Virus record (IMG/VR): IMGVR_UViG_3300026549_001681
DNA: 20,000 bases
DNA from: an uncultured virus (IMG/VR IMGVR_UViG_3300026549_001681)
Taxonomy: Duplodnaviria; Heunggongvirae; Uroviricota; Caudoviricetes
Strand: one strand, 5' to 3'
Under the pieces are notes generated by a model, which saw only the letters and a list, made by a program, of their open reading frames with translations, was not told where the DNA came from and did no database searches. Made by a program: the position numbers and the translations under genes. Below, one piece after another: positions 13,633-20,000 of the stretch (position 1 is the stretch's first letter; every line of letters begins with the position of its first letter).

Positions 13633-13853
13633 TACGCGCTCTCTTTAGAACAGCTGGAATCTATCCATGCCAGGAACAATTCTTTTGAGACCAGCAATTT
13701 GCGTTTGCCGATCCTTAGAGTCGGAAATCCTTCGCTGTGCATCAGGTCGTATGCCTTGGAGCGGGATATTCTCAAGATAGCAGCGACATCTTCCGCACGC
13801 AGCATGACGGGATAACTGCTGATGGGTTTATATTCATGGTTCTTCATAGACAT
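13632..13853 (-). CDS. excisionase-like HTH_17 DNA-binding protein
   Basis: MLRAEDVAAILRISRSKAYDLM...FPTLRIGKRKLLVSKELFLAWI; AAAGGAG RBS. Confidence 0.8.
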   Translation of the reverse strand: MSMKNHEYKPISSYPVMLRAEDVAAILRISRSKAYDLMHSEGFPTLRIGKRKLLVSKELFLAWIDSSCSKESA

Positions 13854-14035
13854 TCTCGCTCCTTTCAACTATTATGTCCTTTTTTTTATCAAGCGGAAAA
13901 AGGCTTGTCAACGCACATTTTTACACCATGGAAAGAATGATACTAAACAGGACAAAACTAAACAGAATGTCACGAAAGTTTACATCGCTGCCACAATTCA
14001 ACTCAAAGTTGAAATTCACAATCTCACTTAAATTG

Positions 14036-14221
14036 TCAGCTCCCTGTATTACGCATATCCATACGGCATCCGGGACATGTCGAGTATTGCCTTATCGCAG
14101 TCGGCTTTGCCTCTGTACTGACGCTATAACCACAATAAGGGCACACATAGCACCATCTTTCGATTATGTGTTTTCTGGTACTGTCATGTACTTTGGTGTA
14201 ACCGTCATACTTCCATTTCAT
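14036..14221 (-). CDS. small zinc-ribbon protein, phage-like
   Basis: CPYCG ... CPGCR; GAGGA RBS. Confidence 0.7.
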   Translation of the reverse strand: MKWKYDGYTKVHDSTRKHIIERWCYVCPYCGYSVSTEAKPTAIRQYSTCPGCRMDMRNTGS

Positions 14222-14309
14222 GTGCTTATCCTCTTATCTTCTTCAACATCATTAGAATAAAGTTTTGAAATCTACATTTCCCTCAGCAAGTCATCAATGC
14301 AAGCTGGAT

Positions 14310-14666
14310 TTATTGGACATTGCGTGCGATCGCGCTCCTGAAGTAATCAATAGCGTCTTCCAAAGTATCGCAAGGCGCATCACCGCCTGACATTTCTTTT
14401 TTGTTCTCCCAACCGACAGAGATAAAAGGCTTGCCATTATCCTCGTCACAGGTCTCAAAATAATCGAGTCCGAGTGTAAAGAACAACTTGCTCGTGTAAT
14501 AAGCGATGTATTCGTTGTATTCGCCGTGAAATCTTGTGTCAGGAATGAACAGGAGACCTGTCTGCTCACTGATGTAAGCGGCAAGCTGCTTCAAAGTCAT
14601 CTCTGTCCACGAAGGTCTTGGCAGCAAATCGAAAATTGTCATTTGATAACTTGTATTCTTCGGCAT
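14310..14666 (-). CDS. hypothetical protein
   Basis: ORF downstream of the MTase in the same orientation. Confidence 0.7.
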   Translation of the reverse strand: MPKNTSYQMTIFDLLPRPSWTEMTLKQLAAYISEQTGLLFIPDTRFHGEYNEYIAYYTSKLFFTLGLDYFETCDEDNGKPFISVGWENKKEMSGGDAPCDTLEDAIDYFRSAIARNVQ

Positions 14667-14693
14667 AAGGGAGCACCATTCCTTTCCGCTTAA

Positions 14694-15665
14694 TCAAATA
14701 GCCAACGAGAGCTGACCATTGCGGTCGATTCTGAAAGAGACAACTTCTGCCTCTGCCTCATAGAGCTTAGCAAGTCCGAATCTGTCAGCTGCGTTCATGA
14801 TATAATCCTTGGCTATTTCGTACACGATAGCAAACCTGTTGGTATTTACGGCAGCCTGAAGCATGTTGCAGGAACCTCCGAACTGGTCCAAGCAGACTTC
14901 GTTTTCCTCTGTGAACTGCTTAATGAGATATTCATAAAGTTCAACAGGCCTTTCTGCCGGATGATTTCTATACTTCGCCTGAGACGGAACATGGTATTCG
15001 AGCTCGTAGGGAAGGATAGTATGTGTCTGATAGCCCTGTACGGAAAGGGAAGAGAGTTTTCTCGGTTTCCCCTTTGAAAATACGATTATCTGCTGTACGC
15101 CCTTGGTCGTTCTGCCTGTGTTCTTTGTACCCTCGGGAGCAGAACGCCAGATAAGAGAAGCATAGTAATTGAGTCCTGCCTCTTCGGCGTAAGTCTTAAT
15201 AGCATAGAGGTACTTCCAGTTGTTAGCACTCTCGACAGGGAGGAATTCGCAAAGATAAGCACCGTTCTTGAGGACTCTGGCCTTGGCCTGAAAATCAGCT
15301 GCTTCATACTTGAACGTGTCGTATGTGGCAAAGTCCCTGTTGCCGCCTTTATTGGAAGAAGCGCAGTCCCACGGATGATCGGTTATGATACAGTCAACGG
15401 AGTCGTCTTCGATTTCTTCCAGCTCGCGTCCGGAGCCTTCGATAAGGACCGATGTACTATGCTCGCCTGTAAGCATATATACGCCCCTTACAACGCGTCT
15501 GAAAGTGTCCTGGTTAGTATAGAGCGAGCGTCTTACGGAGTTGTGCCATGTCTCCGCCTGATATTCGCAGTTACCCTCAGCAACCGCACGATAGATTTCG
15601 GAAAGTGTTGCACAAAGCCCGGTGCAGCCCTGCAAGAAACTCACGATCGTATCTTTCATAGTCAT
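14694..15665 (-). CDS. beta-class N6/N4 DNA methyltransferase with N-terminal winged-HTH-like domain
   Basis: SVDCIITDHPW (motif IV variant), HPAERP, CLDQFGGS (motif I); GAGGT RBS. Confidence 0.85.
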   Translation of the reverse strand: MTMKDTIVSFLQGCTGLCATLSEIYRAVAEGNCEYQAETWHNSVRRSLYTNQDTFRRVVRGVYMLTGEHSTSVLIEGSGRELEEIEDDSVDCIITDHPWDCASSNKGGNRDFATYDTFKYEAADFQAKARVLKNGAYLCEFLPVESANNWKYLYAIKTYAEEAGLNYYASLIWRSAPEGTKNTGRTTKGVQQIIVFSKGKPRKLSSLSVQGYQTHTILPYELEYHVPSQAKYRNHPAERPVELYEYLIKQFTEENEVCLDQFGGSCNMLQAAVNTNRFAIVYEIAKDYIMNAADRFGLAKLYEAEAEVVSFRIDRNGQLSLAI

Positions 15666-15680
15666 AACGGATTACCTCAC

Positions 15681-15869
15681 TTAACTGATAAGGCCCAAAG
15701 CCTTGTAATGCTCCCTGACAGACGGGTAAATGGTAAGAGTGACATGGTCAACATCAGGTGTCTTATCGACTCGCGCCATGCAAGCATTAGCCTTACGTTC
15801 ATCATCAAATCTGAAATGCTCACAACCGGCACAGCTTCCTTTTGGTCTCATACAGATATATGCTGCCAT
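15681..15869 (-). CDS. small Cys-rich hypothetical protein
   Basis: C-x6-CAGC...C; GGAGG RBS. Confidence 0.65.
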   Translation of the reverse strand: MAAYICMRPKGSCAGCEHFRFDDERKANACMARVDKTPDVDHVTLTIYPSVREHYKALGLIS

Positions 15870-15887
15870 ATTGCACCTCCGGAAGAA

Positions 15888-16271
15888 TCAAGACAAAGCC
15901 TTGTACTTTTCCCACAACGACTCATAATCAAAAGCAAGGGTTGCGGAGTAGTCATAACCTTCAAAGCGACCGTCTTCCCAGTATTCCTCGAAACAGGCTT
16001 CTTTAATTTCAACCATTTTAAGCTCGACAGCCTTTTCGAGATATTTCCAGACAAAATCCTCAAACTCAGAGTCATTTCCGGCTTTGGAAAAATCGCCGAG
16101 ATTCAGGCCTTCGCCGATCTCGATGCGGTAAGAGATGTCGTTAAGCAAATCCGAAAGGGGATTGATTGATTTTTTACCTTCCTGGAGTTCTTCTCCGGTC
16201 ATCTTTCCGGCAAGAGAATATCTGTTGCCCAAAAAGCCTGAAATCTTAACACAACACAAAGTCTCTGTCAT
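15888..16271 (-). CDS. acidic hypothetical protein
   Basis: GAGG RBS before ATG at 16271. Confidence 0.65.
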   Translation of the reverse strand: MTETLCCVKISGFLGNRYSLAGKMTGEELQEGKKSINPLSDLLNDISYRIEIGEGLNLGDFSKAGNDSEFEDFVWKYLEKAVELKMVEIKEACFEEYWEDGRFEGYDYSATLAFDYESLWEKYKALS

Positions 16272-16402
16272 AATCTTGCCTCTTCTTTCTGGTATCTCTC
16301 CCGGTCGTCCCCTCTCTGAAATGGGCTTAACAGGGAGGGGACTTGATTGGAGGGTATTGGGGAAGTATCTTGTCAAACTCAAAAACTAACGTGATTTCTT
16401 TA

Positions 16403-16438
16403 CAATGTCATTATACTACGACACAGAACAAAAAGCAA
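16403..16438 (-). promoter_or_regulatory. repeated sigmaA promoter
   Basis: TTGCTT-N17-TATAAT-GACATTG. Confidence 0.8.
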
Positions 16439-16525
16439 GGAAAATCAGCAAATTTGCAAGAAAAAATGCCCGGTTCTTCATACAAAGAAAGGGGCATTTC
16501 CGGGCCGAAACTCAATATGTCCTGA

Positions 16526-16846
16526 TTACTTCTTATTCTGCTTTTTGAGATAGAGTCTCAGAGCTTCCCTGATAAGTCCGAGCTTGTTGTCGGAGGCATC
16601 GAGCATTTCGATCAGCTCCGCATCAGTGGTTCTGTTCAAAGACAGGTTATAGTGCCAGTAACTCTTCTTGTGATACTTGGCAACAGCCTTGTTATGAGCA
16701 GCCCTCATACTCTCGGGATTCTTATTCTTGTATCTCCAGGAACTAAGAGTGTTGACCGAGATACCGAGTTCTTCGGCAGCCTGTTTAACTCCTATCTTAT
16801 CGGACAGTTCGATTGCGTCCGTTTTGAATTTAACATCGTAGTCCAT
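16526..16846 (-). CDS. HTH DNA-binding protein with RHH-like C-terminus
   Basis: GVKQAAEELGISVNTLSSWR; YNLSLNRTTDAELIEMLD...LIREALRLYL; GAGGTG RBS. Confidence 0.7.
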   Translation of the reverse strand: MDYDVKFKTDAIELSDKIGVKQAAEELGISVNTLSSWRYKNKNPESMRAAHNKAVAKYHKKSYWHYNLSLNRTTDAELIEMLDASDNKLGLIREALRLYLKKQNKK

Positions 16847-16873
16847 GTATATCTCACCTCGGGTATTGTTATC

Positions 16874-16907
16874 TGTCATTATACAACTACGGTGCGATAC
16901 ACGGCAA
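16874..16907 (-). promoter_or_regulatory. repeated promoter, divergent copy
   Basis: TTGCCG-N18-TATAAT-GACA. Confidence 0.55.
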
Positions 16908-17065
16908 GAGTTACGAGTCATTCGTAGAAAATTGTGTGGTTCAAATTCATAGTAAAGTCTCCTTACAGATATAGGATTATAAATATATTTCCGCCTGTCA
17001 CATTGCTCTTGACACGGATTCCTCACGGAGCCCGGCATACTCTTCGAATTTCTGAATTATCCTCC

Positions 17066-17551
17066 TTACTCCTCGTCGTCATAATCACCATCTTCGCTCT
17101 CATCGACATCAGCGTTTGAACCGATGACAACGAAAGCGTAGTGATGAACACGGGGTCTTTCTTTAACAGAGACAACGGCAATGCCGTCACGGAAAGAAAT
17201 GTCTGTAATGTCCATGTCTTCCAACTCGTCATTGATGTTCTCGTCCAGGTATCCGTCAAAAACGATCTCCCCGGAAGGAAGTTTTGCGACGGTTCTGATG
17301 TCGCCCTTGATAGCAGAGATAAAGTCAGATACCGAACCGAGAACCTTCTGCTGTGACTCAGGCTGAGTATTTACTGGCTCTGCAACCTCCAGGACAGGTT
17401 CCTCGTTGCTCCTGATGTAAGGCGCAGACTTAACAGCCTTTCTGAGCGATTTGGCAAAGAACTTGCTTTCTTTTGTATCATTGATCCTTGCAATAGACTC
17501 TGCGATCTCGCAGACGAGTTTTGCGCTTACATACTTTCTTTTAAGTCTCAT
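17066..17551 (-). CDS. hypothetical protein, acidic C-terminus
   Basis: AAGGAG RBS. Confidence 0.7.
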   Translation of the reverse strand: MRLKRKYVSAKLVCEIAESIARINDTKESKFFAKSLRKAVKSAPYIRSNEEPVLEVAEPVNTQPESQQKVLGSVSDFISAIKGDIRTVAKLPSGEIVFDGYLDENINDELEDMDITDISFRDGIAVVSVKERPRVHHYAFVVIGSNADVDESEDGDYDDEE

Positions 17552-17577
17552 ATCATGTCTCCTTTTACTAATAATGA

Positions 17578-18009
17578 TTATCCGCAATATTCTGCCGAGA
17601 AATAATCCTGTGTCTCAGTGATGCCGAGTTCTTTGGCAAGGGAAGTAAGGAACGCGTCAATCTCTTCCCGGGTAAGATCGTCATGCTCTTCCCAACCGTA
17701 CCGCGGCTCAAACCCGATCATGAATACCTGGTCTGTATCACCGCAACTGTCATAACCGATAAAGGTCTTGAGCTTGTATGCCTCTCTGACGACAGTGGCG
17801 ACCATTTCAGCCACATTTGAGTAACCAAGGCACTCGGAAATGTCTTCAAGAGTGATCTCGACACCTTCACCGTTCTCTTCTGTCAATTCCTTGTATTTTT
17901 CTGAAATTTCCGCAGAGTGACTGATACAGTAATCCTTAACGGTATCAGCGTTGTTATAGTTAAACAGGGGATAGCCGTATCCCGATTCAGTCCATGCGTG
18001 CCAGCTCAT
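17578..18009 (-). CDS. acidic hypothetical protein
   Basis: GGAGG RBS, overlaps the upstream stop. Confidence 0.75.
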   Translation of the reverse strand: MSWHAWTESGYGYPLFNYNNADTVKDYCISHSAEISEKYKELTEENGEGVEITLEDISECLGYSNVAEMVATVVREAYKLKTFIGYDSCGDTDQVFMIGFEPRYGWEEHDDLTREEIDAFLTSLAKELGITETQDYFSAEYCG

Positions 18010-18272
18010 GTAAGCACCTCCAGATCCGCATATTCCTCATTACCGTCTTCATCGAGAACATTCCTGCAAGAAAGTTTAATATCCGACGGTTTTACTTCTT
18101 TGACGATGTCGTACTCGAAATAACGCCAAGCCGAATCACATTCGGAATAGAGCTTTGCTTTCGCATCTTCCTCGCTTTCCGCAACGATAAGGAAGTGTTC
18201 GTCTCTGCCGGGCTCGACTCTGTCTCCTGTCACAGTCAACTCGGCTCCGACACCGATAAAATACTTAGACAT
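18006..18272 (-). CDS. hypothetical protein
   Basis: AAGGAG RBS before MSKYF. Confidence 0.7.
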   Translation of the reverse strand: MSKYFIGVGAELTVTGDRVEPGRDEHFLIVAESEEDAKAKLYSECDSAWRYFEYDIVKEVKPSDIKLSCRNVLDEDGNEEYADLEVLT

Positions 18273-18273
18273 A

Positions 18274-18597
18274 TCAGACTCCTTCCTTCTTAAACTTCTC
18301 AACGATCGCTTTTGCGATACTCGTAAAGTACCAGCCGGTAAGAGCAGAACAGGCGATGTCGATGCCCTTTCTGACCTCTTCAGATGCGCTCTGATAATCA
18401 GACGCAAGAGACTCGAACATCTCGTAGGTGGAATAGTCAACGTCTGTCAGAAGTTCGCTCATGTGGTTTGAGGACAACTCGCGAAACTCGTCATAATGCT
18501 CATCAGCAAGATCCAGAGCCTCGGCAACATATCCGGCATTTTCTTTTGTAGCAGAAGACACATAGTCAAAATCTTTCTGAACAACATCAGTCATCAT
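18274..18597 (-). CDS. hypothetical protein
   Basis: AGGAGG RBS directly behind the repeated promoter. Confidence 0.75.
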   Translation of the reverse strand: MMTDVVQKDFDYVSSATKENAGYVAEALDLADEHYDEFRELSSNHMSELLTDVDYSTYEMFESLASDYQSASEEVRKGIDIACSALTGWYFTSIAKAIVEKFKKEGV

Positions 18598-18623
18598 GGT
18601 CAAAACCCTCCTTGTCTTATCTA

Positions 18624-18659
18624 CAATGTCATTATACTACGACACAGACACAAAGTCAA
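18624..18659 (-). promoter_or_regulatory. repeated sigmaA promoter
   Basis: TTGACT-N17-TATAAT-GACATTG. Confidence 0.8.
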
Positions 18660-18673
18660 ATAAAAAAGGGCTT

Positions 18674-19045
18674 TTAATGGGACTTTTTGTATTGGAAATG
18701 GATATTTTCGATATAGTTATATGCCATAGGAAAATCTCCTCTGCAAAGTTCAAGGATCTGGTGATAGATCGACTCGTCTTCCATGACGGCTGCGGTAATG
18801 ACACGGCTCGCAATACGCCTTGCAACAGCATTGCACTCGTTGTCAAAGTTTGTCAGGGCGGAGCAGGAGAGACCGTATCTGCAATTCGAATGGACATAGA
18901 GTCCGAGATCAGGACTATGCCTGACATCGTGATTTTCTTCCAGAGCAGAACAAAGTTGCTCCATTCTCAGAAGTTTAGACTTTTTCATATAATCGCCCTG
19001 ATTATGACAAGCGATGCAAGGGGACAGAACGCCTGAAAATGTCAT
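18674..19045 (-). CDS. hypothetical protein
   Basis: GGAGGT RBS before MTFSG. Confidence 0.55.
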   Translation of the reverse strand: MTFSGVLSPCIACHNQGDYMKKSKLLRMEQLCSALEENHDVRHSPDLGLYVHSNCRYGLSCSALTNFDNECNAVARRIASRVITAAVMEDESIYHQILELCRGDFPMAYNYIENIHFQYKKSH

Positions 19046-19112
19046 GTCAATTACCTCCAAAAGAAAAACGGAAATATAATTCCTATTTAATATATTTGTC
19101 CTCGACAGGCTT

Positions 19113-19415
19113 TCAGGCCACGAGCCTTACCATGACTGAAATGCCTCTGTCTTGGTCATTGGCAATGATCTTGTCGTAAGATTTGACAGCATTACCGGGA
19201 ACAGTCCAGATGATGTACTGGTCATAAAAGAGAATGTCGAGTTCTTCCTGCCCGGGATCGCCTGATACGGCACGCTCACAGTTGAGCAGAGCACGGATAT
19301 TATCTTCGACAACGCCTTCTTCCATGTTGGTGTCATAGCCGACAGGGAGGAAGACATCGGAGACCGTTTCCGTTTTGAAGTTCAGGAACCTGAATCTGAT
19401 CTTGGGTTCACGCAT
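19113..19415 (-). CDS. hypothetical protein
   Basis: AAGGAGG RBS before MREPK. Confidence 0.7.
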   Translation of the reverse strand: MREPKIRFRFLNFKTETVSDVFLPVGYDTNMEEGVVEDNIRALLNCERAVSGDPGQEELDILFYDQYIIWTVPGNAVKSYDKIIANDQDRGISVMVRLVA

Positions 19416-19426
19416 AGACGCCTCCT

Positions 19427-19660
19427 TTACCATTCCAAAAATCTTACAAAATTCTCATCAGGAGTCCAGAAGATTTTGATACCCGGGTACTTTGCACGAA
19501 GCAGAGCATCAACAATATCGCAAGTATAACCCGGCTCCTCCTTAGCTTCATAAATCACATTTTGGATTTCTTCCGCAGAAGGATTACACTTAATCGAATC
19601 GCACAAAATGACTGCGCTGATGCTGTTATTGTCTTCGTGATCTGTCAAAATATAAATCAT
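19427..19660 (-). CDS. hypothetical protein
   Basis: GAGGAGG RBS behind the repeated promoter. Confidence 0.75.
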   Translation of the reverse strand: MIYILTDHEDNNSISAVILCDSIKCNPSAEEIQNVIYEAKEEPGYTCDIVDALLRAKYPGIKIFWTPDENFVRFLEW

Positions 19661-19688
19661 ATTCTCAAATCCTCCTCGTTAATTGCGA

Positions 19689-19724
19689 CAATGTCATTAT
19701 ACTACGACACAGACAGAAAAGCAA
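19689..19724 (-). promoter_or_regulatory. repeated sigmaA promoter
   Basis: TTGCTT-N17-TATAAT-GACATTG. Confidence 0.8.
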
Positions 19725-19869
19725 GAAAGAACACGAAAAAATGCCGTATTTATAGGGGATGTGTCGGGAATTTGAGTGATGAAATGAGTGATAAGGCAAA
19801 AATAAAAGGAGCGGGCACCCAGAGAAGCCCGTCCTTTCACAATTTTAGTCTATTGTCATAATTGTCGTT

Positions 19870-19918
19870 ACCGCTCCTAAGCGGTAGGCCAGCGGTTCGA
19901 ATCCGCTCACGATCACCA
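19870..19918 (+). mobile_element. att site: 3' part of tRNA-Arg(CCT) lacking its 5' half
   Basis: ACCGC-TCCTAA-GCGGT, AGCGG-TTCGAAT-CCGCT, CACGATC-ACCA; no D arm or 5' acceptor strand upstream. Confidence 0.75.
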
Positions 19919-19925
19919 GTAAATT

Positions 19926-19954
19926 CAAGGGGTTTGGGGTTTCCAGACCCCTTG
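19926..19954 (+). terminator. hairpin after tRNA fragment
   Basis: CAAGGGGTTTGG/CCAGACCCCTTG then TTTATT. Confidence 0.7.
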
Positions 19955-20000
19955 TTTATTATTTCCATACTGGTTGTAAATGGTTGTAAATCCCAACTAT

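Noticed and set aside
16526..16846. IS3-family transposase OrfA
   Set aside because: The HTH is similar, but there is no DDE OrfB or terminal inverted repeats.
1..20000. CRISPR array
   Set aside because: No regularly spaced identical repeats; the periodicity in the array comes from tRNA T-arms and CCA ends.

Overview
The window looks like the right end of a large integrated mobile element (ICE- or prophage-like) in a Firmicutes-type host. It ends at a 3' fragment of tRNA-Arg(CCT) that resembles an att site (19870-19918). Cargo includes an acidic C39-like peptidase, a BcgI-like two-subunit restriction-modification system, an RHH regulator, an HTH-VirD4-DUF2726 fusion, an Xis-like HTH, an orphan DNA methyltransferase and many small hypothetical genes behind a repeated promoter. 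The main feature is a ~3.5 kb array of 34 CCA-encoding tRNA genes covering all 20 amino acids. At least seven non-canonical structured RNAs are interspersed, including a circularly permuted tRNA-like fold, two tRNA mimics lacking a normal anticodon arm, an oversized Tyr-like tRNA and a pseudoknot. Upstream is a complex leader: a sigmaA promoter, a 49-aa leader ORF using all 20 amino acids, a terminator/antiterminator pair, a boxA-like motif and repeated AGGCAC-loop hairpins. I infer a backup tRNA/ncRNA operon induced by translation stress. All calls were made by eye, with no database searches.
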